Origin: Peribolospora baueri | Lineage: Eukaryota | Assembly (NCBI GenBank): GCA_029717555.1 | Contig: JAMDHS010000002.1 | Span: forward strand, 372,001-436,000 | Length of the DNA: 64,000 nucleotides | Direction of reading: 5' to 3' | Part shown: piece after piece, positions 39,801 to 50,098 of the stretch | Layout: the number at the start of each line of letters is the position of its first letter | Position numbering within the stretch: the first letter of the stretch is position 1 | The notes under the pieces: model-generated | Database searches by the model: none | What the model saw: the letters and a program-made list of their open reading frames with translations, nothing else | Told to the model about the DNA's origin: nothing | Program-made: the position numbers and the translations under genes

Positions 39801-40413
39801 ATCACACGCATCGAGGAGTGGTGCAAGTCGCATGACATGCCCGAGGGCACGCTCAACCTTGAGCATCTCATGCAGGCCACGAAGCTGCTGCAGCTCAAAA
39901 AGGCGACATTGAACGACATCGACATCATCTACGATGTATGCTGGATCCTCACCCCGACGCAGATTCAGAAGCTCATCAGCCATTACTATGTCGCTGACTA
40001 TGAGGTGAGCGAGCGACATCGCGTCGGCTTTGTGCTGGCAAAGTGGCTGTCTGACCTCGATGTATGGCCACTTGTGCTCTATACCGTCCTCCTCTTCAGA
40101 ACCCGATCTCACCGGAGATCCTCAAGGCGGTGGCCTCTCGTGTCGTGCCAAACGACCGGAACGACCACCTTCTTCTCCCGCCAGAGGTGGATGAGGCAGG
40201 ACCTTACGAGCTGCCTCTGCCGAGAGAAGTGACGGGCATCGAGACGTACGTGCCGTCGTACTTGCAGGTGCCGCACATTCGACGTGAGTACCTTTGTCGC
40301 CGCGTCTTTGTGACGTGCACAAGCGTCCTGCTTCTGTCTCTTTCGCTTTTTACGCACCCTGACCTTTCTTCTTCGCTTTCGCATATCCAGGTCTCGCCCT
40401 CACCGTCGCTTGA
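33886..40413 (+). CDS. MYO2: Class V myosin heavy chain, multi-exon
   Basis: Motor domain [75 protein letters not shown] repeats; coiled coil; dilute (DIL) globular tail [20 protein letters not shown]. Confidence 0.97.
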
Positions 40414-41164
40414 GGTCGATCTCATAAGCCCTTCTGAAGGGGGAATCACGCGTAAATAAATCGTCTGACAGCTGTTTCCACATCGAGCAACCTCTCGTCA
40501 CTCTTCTCTTGCCGTGTGGGACTTCCCATCCCATTGCTCGTACGCCACGTCCCACCTTTCTACCCGTCGACCCTTCTCTTCCTGATCCTATCTGCCTTGC
40601 TGCTCCTTCCCCCTTCATGCCCCTTGACGAGCCCTTCGATAGGAACGACCCTCACCTCCGGCGTCTTGACCTTTACCTCTTCTTCTTCCTTCAGCGTTCA
40701 TTGTACGTTTAGATGACGATCGGCTCTTTTCTCGTTTGTGGCTTCCGCGAGGGCCATTCCGTTTGTGTGGAATGGAATGATTGGAATGAACAGGTGTGCT
40801 CATCACGATTGCATCCAAGGGGCCCCGGAGAAATGACCCGATTTTTGGCCGGCCGTCCTGGTCTCGAATCGGAACGGGCGCTGCCGCAGTCGACGAGTCC
40901 GGGGCGTCACCACCCGAATTTGGTGTTCACCCGCACCCGGCGACTTCAATTCCCGGCCACCACCCAGCTTTGATCCATTTCCGACCCTCGACACCGTGCT
41001 CCTTATCATCGGTCCCTTTCTTCCCCTTCCTTCTCTCTGTCTCTGCCTCTCGCGTCCATCTGCCCATACGCACGCCCCACTCTCTGCGCATGCCTCACTT
41101 GGACTGCCGCTGAGCCGCCGCGGATCCGAACAGGGAACGAAGGTCGCGAAGACCAGAAAGAAGC

Positions 41165-43429
41165 ATGTCGTCCACGTCCAACGGTCTCTTCGGTCCCCCG
41201 CACTCGCATGGAGGTGGTGGGAGCCACAGCCAGCAGCAGCATCAACAACCTCCTCCATACGGAGGCTCTTCTTATCCTGCTTATGGCGCGACATCGTCAA
41301 ACGGCACTGGCAACGGCGAAGGTGCAGGATCAGGACGCTCCGAGGTCAGGGAGATTGTAGAGGCGGTGGAGAAGATGTCGTCGACGTTGAGTGGTCAGGT
41401 GGGTGTGCAAACCGCCTTGCTCGTTCGGTCAGGTTTGGATTGGATTTCTCTCGTGCATGGTGGAATCTTTTGGAAAGATGTTGCCCGACCTTCATGAGCC
41501 GAGCGTCGGGCATCCCAGGCTGTTGATTTTCTGAACGCGCATCTCCTCTTCCTATTTCTTCTTTTCTCTTCTTATCAGCTCAATATGCTTTCTACTCAGC
41601 TTGCCGGGATGGTCGCTCTTACCAGTCGTTTGATTGAGGTGGGTTCTTGCGTCCCCGCTTGGCCGACCTGCGGCACTGTCTTCACGTGCGCCGCCCTCAG
41701 GCTTCGTCTCGCTTTGTCGGTCCTTATATGCTTCCTTCATCGGTGCATTTCAGATCCAACAACTTGCGGCCAGTCAACCCCGACAGCCGCCCACACCTGT
41801 GTCTGCACCGGCGGCCCCATCAGCTCCGCCCACACCCTTGACCGCAAATGCACCTCCTGCCCAGGCAACCCCTTTCACACCTACGACTTCGAGCGCTAGC
41901 ATAACGGCAGCTGCTATACAGACTGTCGCTGCTGCTGGAGTATTTCCTCAACATCATCCGCATCATCACTCTCCCGAACCCAACTTGCCTTCCCGAGCCC
42001 CAGGTCCTAGCACCAGCTCGAGCGAGTCGATATCTCGAGGAGCGCCCACGTACTCTCCAGACGACTACCGGTACTGGCTCATGCAACCTTCCCCAGCGCA
42101 GCGATCTCCTGACGATCGCCCGACCAAGTACCCCACTATGCATTTGGCCAAGATGCATTACAAACAGGTATCGGGACGGCCTTCGTCGACGTTGGGTCGA
42201 TTGCCGCTGAAGGAGTATCTGGAGGCACCTCCGGACGAGTACTTGCTGATTAGGGTAAGTGTGACACAAGAAAGTAGCCGAACTTCACTGTTTGCCTATT
42301 CGACTTGGATTCAGTCAGGCATTCATCCATTTCTTCGTCGTCTTTATTCACCTTTACTCTCACTGCACTCAGAAAAGCGCTCGAAAAGTGTATCAAGATT
42401 TTCTTGAGCCGCTCGTCAGGGCCGCAAAGCAGCCCAGCGACCGGATGCAAGCTGCCATCAACAGGTTGGAGCACGTGCACCCTTTGCTCACCAGATGTGA
42501 CGGACATTGGAAGGCCAGAGCCTTGCTCTCGCAAGTGTTGGACAACGCTATTGATGAAGACGTGCGTTGCGGCCAAGCGAGACTTTTACATCACTCCATG
42601 CATTATCCTGTCTATGCTCGTATTCATTTCGACTTTGCTCTCTGATTTGTCTTCTTGCAGCACTCAAAGAGCGCGGAGCGGGCGTCGGCCACGGCGGCGT
42701 TTGATGGAACGAATCGTGGAGATGCTTCCGGATCTTCGTCATCACAGAGTGAGCGCAATTAGGATTGCTGCTCCATCATCTGGACCTTTTCTGGCTCAGT
42801 GGCCCTTTCAAACAATACCCTTCTGTCTTCTCTCTCCGCTTACTCTCAGTCACGGGACACAAGCGTACTGCAGAGCCAGAGCAGTCGCCGTCCACGGCGG
42901 CGCCCCGCAAGCGAGGTCGTCCACCGAAGAATGCCCCTGCACCCATAGCTACGGCCTCGGTCCCAACCTCAGGAACGCAAATTGTCCATCCACACAGCAC
43001 TGGCCAACAGACTTCCCCTTCCCACGCGCACAGCCAACCCTACCCACTAACGCGACATCTTTCGCAAACGCACTTCCAACAGCACCCCGGTGTGCAATCA
43101 TCCTCGTCTCCCAACGTTGTCCACAACCATCACTTGCAGCAGCAGCGGCAACATTCGTCGGCTGCTTCCCTGGCTGGACAACAAAGTGGTGGAGGACATC
43201 ATCATCATCCCCCTTTGCCTGGTGAACAGGTGCGTTCTAGCGCTGGACGGGCAGAGGTGCAGTCATCGTTGTATGTGCATGTCTGATCGACGAACTGACG
43301 ACCGTTTCATCTATGTATCTCCGCCCTTCGTTCACTTCCTCCCAATCACAGCCACGCTGGCTCCCAGGCATGAACTGGCTGAGTAGAGACGGCGCTTTAG
43401 GTCAGGCTCTCAATGCTGGACGCCATTAA
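41165..43429 (+). CDS. Hypothetical AT-hook DNA-binding protein, multi-exon; boundaries approximate
   Basis: AT-hook PRKRGRPPK at ~42903-42929, His/Gln-rich low-complexity termini, helical core (HPLLTRCDGHWKARALLSQVLDN), consistent GT-AG introns. Confidence 0.6.
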
Positions 43430-43766
43430 GGTGGTCGATCGCGGGTGGATGGTATACTGTGAATCATGGACACTTTCTTCCTTGCCGCTTGTGCTTCGTC
43501 GACCCTTCGTTTTCATCGCGTGTTCCGGAGTGCGGACGTTCGTCTCGGTTCTTTGTCATTCCTTTTCTCCTGGTGCATTCTAGTCAAGGTCTTCTTGCTT
43601 TCCTCTCTCCATCATCCTAGTGCCGCCTTTAGGGACCTGTTGCAATGACCTCAGTTTGTACCGCCCCCGCTCCCCGCGTGATGTGTACCCTTGTGCACAC
43701 GCATGTGGGCATGAGTGATCGTTACAAGGATGATGATGTTGATGGGGCCGACATGTCAAAGGGACA

Positions 43767-43906
43767 TGTCACGGTACCTGGCCCAGATCACCATGTAGGC
43801 TAGGTGGTCATGTGATCGGTGAAGGGCGTGGATATCCATCGCAGCCCCTACCGATCAATATGGAATCCAGTAGTCTTCCTCCATCTCCTCTCTTGGGTGC
43901 GTTACA
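43767..43906 (+). repeat. 140-bp LTR-like unit (TGTCAC...GTTACA)
   Basis: TG..CA termini with an imperfect terminal inverted repeat, immediately followed by a tRNA primer-binding site. Confidence 0.75.
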
Positions 43907-43924
43907 TGGCGACGCCAGCAGGGT
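43907..43924 (+). promoter_or_regulatory. Primer-binding site complementary to the 3' 18 nt of a tRNA (probably Ser)
   Basis: TGGCGACGCCAGCAGGGT has reverse complement ACCCTGCTGGCGTCG-CCA, which fits tRNA positions 59-76 with a G discriminator and a Ser-like acceptor/T-stem. Confidence 0.75.
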
Positions 43925-44569
43925 ACCCCAACCTATAGCAACCAGAAGCGATATTCAGAGGGGAGACTAACCTTGACCCATTTTTTTTCCAACGCACCCA
44001 CCGAGCCACACGCTCAAGCCGCGACAACGTCCCAACGCCTACGCCCAAATGATGCCCACGACGAGAGCCGAGGTCGTCGCGTGAGAAGCGAGGGCGGCGG
44101 ATGAGATGACAGAGGCCCCAAGCTGGTGTCCCGACTGACCGCCGCGCTCGCACAAGCGTCGAGCAAAGCGTCGCAGAGCGGTCCCCGCGAGTCAATGATC
44201 CGAACGGACGCGTGCGTCGGAACCGTCTTGCGAAATTCGCGGCCACAGCCAAGCGACGTCCTGTCCGCCTTGGCGACGATCACGTCGTCCGCGTGGCGAA
44301 CCGGTTCGGCGCTCAGAGGGGACGAGCGGCCCGTCACGCTGCTGTATGCCGAGGGGTCGACCTTCTCACGGAGAGCTGAGGCGGGCGTCTTCATCGGTCG
44401 GAGACGTCGGATCCAGGGACGGGAGGAAGGTCGGCTTGACGTCCGTCCAGCCTGCAGAGCCGGGTCGTGGGGTGTCGATGGGAGCGGAGGGTCGTTCCCC
44501 CCGACGCGGGCAGGGACATGGCGGGTGGATCGACGGCCGATGGGCGGACTGGGGAAGGCGTCGAGCGGG

Positions 44570-44850
44570 CGCCGTGCAGCGTCTCAACGCAGTTCTTGAA
44601 CCGGATGAAGATCTCAGCCGTCCGCGACTTCGGCGCCATGAAAGCGAGTGTCGTATAGTGCGTCGCATCGTCGACGAAGTTGACGGCGTATCGGACGTTA
44701 CCGATGTCTTCGACTTGCATCGGTCCGCAGAGGTCCGAATGAATGAGATCGAGTGGTTTTTCTGACGTCGTTTGACTGTCGGGAAGTGGTAGCCGCTTTT
44801 GTTTGCTAATCTGGCAAGCCGTGCACATTTCGTCATCTTGAGCGCTGTTC
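44570..44850 (-). pseudogene. Ty1/copia integrase fragment (Zn-finger end + start of rve core)
   Basis: CTACQISKQKRLP..KPLDLIHSDLCGPM..RYAVNFVDDATHYT..KS..FIRFKNCVETLHG, truncated before the remaining catalytic residue. Confidence 0.9.
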
Positions 44851-45152
44851 TCACCATATTTCTCGGCACATGCCGGACGATTATGAATACGCAACCTCTT
44901 CGGATCGACGACCATAAAGGGCAGCCAAGTTGGGCATATGGACGAGGATCGTGGACGTATCGTTTCCGAGCCTCAAACGGCACACTCCAGAAGATCACGT
45001 TCACGAACGTCCTTTACGACCGGACGACGGACAACAGTCTGTTGTCGGTGACATACTTGGTACGAAACTTTGGCGCCAACATCACAATCGATACCGAAGG
45101 AGCAAGCATCCGCGATAGTGAAGGAGAGTTCGCACGCGGTATATGGGACGGT
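44850..45152 (+). pseudogene. Ty1/copia protease-associated pol region, inverted relative to the neighbouring fragments
   Basis: GRGSWTY..ITFTNVLY..NSLLSVTYL..GANITI..G..IRD..G.FARG resembles the copia segment following the protease active site. Confidence 0.65.
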
Positions 45153-45153
45153 C

Positions 45154-45400
45154 GAGGCAAACCTTGCCTTTCTCTTGTTCGAAGCCTTCTGGCTGCTCCA
45201 TGTAGATCTCCTTGTCGATATCGCCTTGTAGGTACGCAGCAACGACGTCCCATTGTGCGATGCCGAGATTGAGGTTGACGGCGAGCGAACGTCTCTTCGT
45301 AGTCTATGCCTTCTCTTTGCAAGAAGCCTCTTGCGACGAGCCTAGCTTTGAAACGGTTGATGCGACCGTGTTCGTCTCATTTAAGCTTCCATACCCATTT
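45154..45400 (-). pseudogene. Ty1/copia reverse transcriptase N-terminal fragment with premature stop and internal deletion
   Basis: [38 protein letters not shown], then WDVVAAYLQGDIDKEIYMEQPEGF..KVCL. Confidence 0.9.
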
Positions 45401-45815
45401 GAAAAAAAAAGGTTACGGCTCGTCGTCCAGGTGGCAGACTACTGTATTCCATGGTGATTGGTGGGGGCTGCGATGGATATCCAGGCCCTCCAACGTTCAC
45501 ACGGCCTAGCCTACATGGTGATCTGGGCCAGGTACCGTGACACAAAGGCGGACGAGCGGTCCGTTTCGAACCCTGCGAGCCCTCGATTTCCAAGGAGTTA
45601 GCCCCTGCTTCAGTGTTTCGTACTGTCCACACTCCTCTTCAGTGAGAGAGTTCAAGTTCTGTGCTCGCCCAGCCCATCGGTCTGAAATGAGGCGCAAGCA
45701 ACAGTTTAAAGTTTCAATTTCCGAATCGTCCAGAATCGCATCGACGTCAAAGGATGGATATGTTTGTGTCCCCGACAGTCTGTACCGACTACAGACGCGC
45801 GAACGGTGTGGATTG

Positions 45816-47919
45816 CTACTTCTCCGAGAGCGCAGCGACGCCGGGAAGGACCTTGCCCTCGAGGAGCTCCAGACTGGCACCTGTAAGGGGAAGAAAGCAG
45901 GAGACAGAAGGGAGGTTACGAGAGCAGGGCCACTGAGTCAGGCAGGAACCAAAGATCATAATGTGTAACTGAGATTAGTTCGAGCACTCACCGCCACCTG
46001 ATCGGATTATTAAAGTAGAGCGCGTGGAAGACGAAGTCGGTCGGTCAGAAAATCGGGTAGTAACGGCCCTCGAATGAAAAGGCCAGAAGCCAGACGCGAC
46101 CGCCCTCTCACTCACCGGTAGAAACGTGGCTGAGCCCCTCCTCGCCGCCGAACTTGGCGACGACGGTGGCGGTGTCACCGCCACCAACAATGACGGTCGC
46201 GCCCTTCTTCTCCGCCTCGAGGGCGGCATCGAGCATGGCCTTGGATCCGTTGGCAAAGTTGGGGAACTCGAACACGCCCGGGGGACCGTTCCAGAGAATA
46301 GTCTTGGACTTGAGGATCGTCTCGCGGAAGAGCTCGATCGACTTCGGGCCAACGTCGAGACCGAGATGGCCATCGGGGATGCCAGTCTCGTCCGTTGCAG
46401 TGCCGACCTGAGGACAAACGTAGAAAGCGAAAGAAAAGACGGGAAACGGTGCGCCAAATGCCATATAGTGTCAGTATGGAAGGGCCGGATTCCCTCAAGG
46501 CAGTCATAGTTCCACAAAATAACATACCTTGGCATCCTTGTCGAACTTGTCGCCCGTAACGTAATCGACGGGCAAAACCAGCTCAACGTTGTTCTTCTTG
46601 GCCTTCTCGAGGAGCGCCTCCACCTTCTTGGAGCCTTCCTCATCGAAAAGGGAGTTGCCGATCTATGGCCCGCGGAGAAGCAGTCCGAGGAGAGGCGTCG
46701 CCTTGTGAGCAACTCTTGTCCGTTGGAAGCTTATAACGCGGGAACAAAGGCGAACGCACCTTGACGCCGAAAGCGGCCTTCTTGAAAGTGAATGCCATGC
46801 CGCCGCCGATGATCATGGCGTTGACCTAGGTCGTGCAGTTAAAGAAAGTACATATCAGTCGAGCCTTCGTTCTAACCACCTAGGCGGTACTCATCCTCAC
46901 ATACCTTATCGAGCATGTTCTCGATGAGTTGGATCTTGTCTGAGATCTTGGCACCGCCGAGGATGGCGAGGAAAGGTCGCTCGGGGCTCTCCAGAGCCTT
47001 GGCGAAGAAGTCCAGCTCCTTCTTCATGAGAAAACCAGAAGCCTTCTGGGGCAGCTCGATGCCGACCATGGAAGAGTGTGCGCGGTGGGCGGTGCCGAAG
47101 GCATCGTTCACGTACACGTCTCCGAGGCTCGTTAGGCTCTTGCGGAACTCGGCCACCTTGGCAGGGTCGGCCTTGACCTTCTGGCCATCGGGGCCCTTGG
47201 CAGAGCCCTCCTCCTCAATGTGGAAGCGGAGGTTCTCCAACAAGAGAACCGAGCCGGCCGGGGCGTCCTTCACTGCCTTCTCCGCTTCCGGGCCGACGCA
47301 GTCAGGGACGAAGATGACGGGCCTGCCAAGGAGCTCGGATACCTTGCTGGCGACCGGCTTGAGGGAGTACTTGGGGTTCGGCTTACCGTCCGGACGGCCG
47401 AGGTGGGACATGAGGATGACCTTGGAGGCACCTGAAGAAAGAGGCCCAAAGCGGACGACGTTACCATTGGAGATTCCAAGGTCGGCTCATTGTCGTCGCT
47501 TGAGTCAAAGACAGGACGAGTGGACGACGAGATAAACAAAGGTCGTCTTTTGTTTCACGCACCCTGCTCGATCGCGTACTTGATCGTGGGAAGGGCAGCC
47601 ACGATACGCTGAAGTTTCGAGAAGAGGTAGGACAAAAGCAAGTGAGTACATGCGCCCTCAGTCTTTAGCTTGTGGGAATTTTTCTTCTGCATAAAGAAAG
47701 ACAACTCAACCCACCTGAGGGTTGGTAATGCGGTCGCCATCCATAGGGACGTTGAAGTCAACCCTGCCAAGGGAAGCACAACGGGGAATGCACGGGTGAT
47801 CTATGTGAGTGTCATAGTACGCTTCATGGATGATAAATAAGGTTGAGCACAAACCTGATAAGGACGGACTTGCCCTTGAGGTCGACGTCAGTGATGGCAA
47901 GCTTCTTGGAGAGAGACAT
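45816..47919 (-). CDS. PGK1: Phosphoglycerate kinase, multi-exon including a 6-nt microexon; possible readthrough extension to 45789
   Basis: [100 protein letters not shown]. Confidence 0.98.
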
Positions 47920-48163
47920 GGCTGTTGCTTCTGCTTGTTACTGTTCGGATGGCGAACGGAGGTGAGATGAGGAAGTCTGGGAAGGAACTAAGCTTAGATC
48001 CCAGATCGACTTGTGAAAGAGGCCACCGATCGCACACGTGCTCAGCGACTGCGGCACATGGGAAGTGAGCGATTCCACTTTCTTCCCGATACCCACGGAC
48101 CACCTTGCAAGGTAGTCCTTCGCCTTTCTCGTCCACCGTTTCACCCCATCGCTCACTTCGGCC

Positions 48164-49133
48164 ATGTCCTTCCTTTCCACCACCTCCTCCGCCCTCAGGA
48201 CGCGCGTCGCTGCTTTGGCGACCTCGTCCTCCTCATCAACAGTATTTCTCGCTCGGACCTCCTCCCCACTTCCGCCTTTCAATTTCGGTGCGCAAATCCA
48301 GACGAGGAACGCGACCAAGCGAGGCGGTGGGTCGTCGAAGAACGGGAGGAACTCAGCGGGAAAGAGATTGGGTGTCAAGAAGTACGGTGGTTAGTAGAGG
48401 CTTTTCCTCCCATTGTGCTTGCCTGCTCGGACGCTCCGGACGGACGCCTTGCACATTTCAAACCGACCGTCTATCGTCTCATGCTCCCGCTCGTTTTCTT
48501 GCCTCGCAGGTCAGTACGTTGAAGCGGGCAATATCATCGTTCGACAGCGAGGGACAGAGTGGTATCCTGGTCAACATGTGCGTTTAGTATTGACCGTCTC
48601 TGGTAGGATATGTACGTCGCGCAACTCAAGCTTACACTTCATCCCCTCCCCCCTTCCTCTTCTGCGCCGTTCCGTAACGCACACGATAACCACTCGTGCA
48701 GGTTGCTATGGGCAAAGACCACACCTTGTTCGCTCTGACCGACGGCTTCGTGCGGTTCTACCCTGCAACCTCCGCCGAGTCTCCACCCCCACCGCGGCTC
48801 TCCACTCTCTCCGCCTCCACGTCCCCCTACTCCACCTCTCCAACTCTCCTCGGCCACGCCCAGCCCGCCGCGGCTGCCACGCCCTCCCTCTCAGCCGCCC
48901 CGCACTCTTCCGCCTCCTCCCGCCGCAAACGCTACGTAGGCATCGTCAAGGACCCGCGCGAGATGCTTCCCCGCAACCTGGCAGAAGAGGGAAGGAGCAG
49001 GGTGTTCGACAAGGTGGATCTAAACGCCTGGAAGGAGGCGAGGCGGCTCCACCTACTCCGCTACAACGCAGCCCCCGATTCTTCGGCCATGGACGTGACC
49101 GAGACTGGTGGTTCTCCTGCGCAGACCAAGTGA
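48164..49133 (+). CDS. MRP7: Mitochondrial ribosomal protein bL27m, 3 exons
   Basis: Ser/Arg-rich presequence, then RNATKRGGGSSKNGRNSAGKRLGVKKYG, GNIIVRQRGTEWYPG, GKDHTLFALTDGFVRF. Divergent from PGK with 244 bp between start codons. Confidence 0.95.
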
Positions 49134-49677
49134 TCAATTGGGCCACTCTCGGCGCTTGTACTTGTCCTCCTTCCTTTACGGGGAACAAAACGCTTGAGGC
49201 GGACGAACCACACCTCGCTCCCGTCCTTCCGGGCGCTTCATCGCTTTGTCTTTCCGTTCTGGGCTGACATGTGTGTCAAAGCGGCCGTACCGGTTAGGGA
49301 TCGGAGATGGACGACCGAAACAAGCGTGTTCTGCGGGACTCGAAAAAGGGTTGTCCATCGTCACCAAGGCTGATTCAATTCGATTACAGAAGAGAGAGGT
49401 CAGTCAAGGCACATAGGAAAGAGAGAAGGCAGAACTCATTCTAGGTGAAAGGGGAAGGGGGAGCGAAGGAAGGAAGGAAGAGGGGAATGTACAAACGCGA
49501 TCGCAGTTGACGACGGACGGGATGCGCAAATCTACGTGATGACGACCGGTGGTCATCGATGACCACCAAAAACAAATCTATCAATTAAAACCACAGGCGT
49601 GCTTGCTCAAGCGTACGTCACCTGCTCCTCTATCCGACCCGAGTAGTCGAGCACCGTCACCGTTCTCCGTACGCACT

Positions 49678-50053
49678 TCACCTCCACCACTCACAAAAGT
49701 ACGGAGCGTCGTCAAAGAACAGGCGATCGATGAGCTCGGCGTACCTCTCCCTGTCTCCCTTCCCAGCCTGTTGCTTCGCTTGCCTCCCGTCCGCGTCCGG
49801 GCCCCCGCTATCGTCTTCCTTCCCTCCATCTCGTCTCCAGTCTGTTCCTCCCAACTCAAAACATGCATCCGAAGGGTGCATCTTCCACCTTGATCTTAAA
49901 CACTTGCGCCACTGTGACTTCGAACAGAGTGCGTCTGGCGCACTCCTCGCCGCTTCCTGTCACCTGCGGCGTCCGCGACGAGCCATTCATCTCCGCCACG
50001 ACCCTAATCTTCTGTCCAAATCCTTGTTCTTCGAGAATCAAACTCAGCGGGGG

Positions 50054-50098
<45 letters not shown>

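Larger units (their letters stand above)
43767..45542. mobile_element. Degenerate composite element: inverted LTR-like terminal repeats enclosing scrambled Ty1/copia pol fragments
   Basis: Termini TGTCAC...GTGACA. The outer 38 bp are perfect reverse complements and similarity continues for about 110 bp. Copia integrase, protease-region and RT fragments lie inside. Confidence 0.85.
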
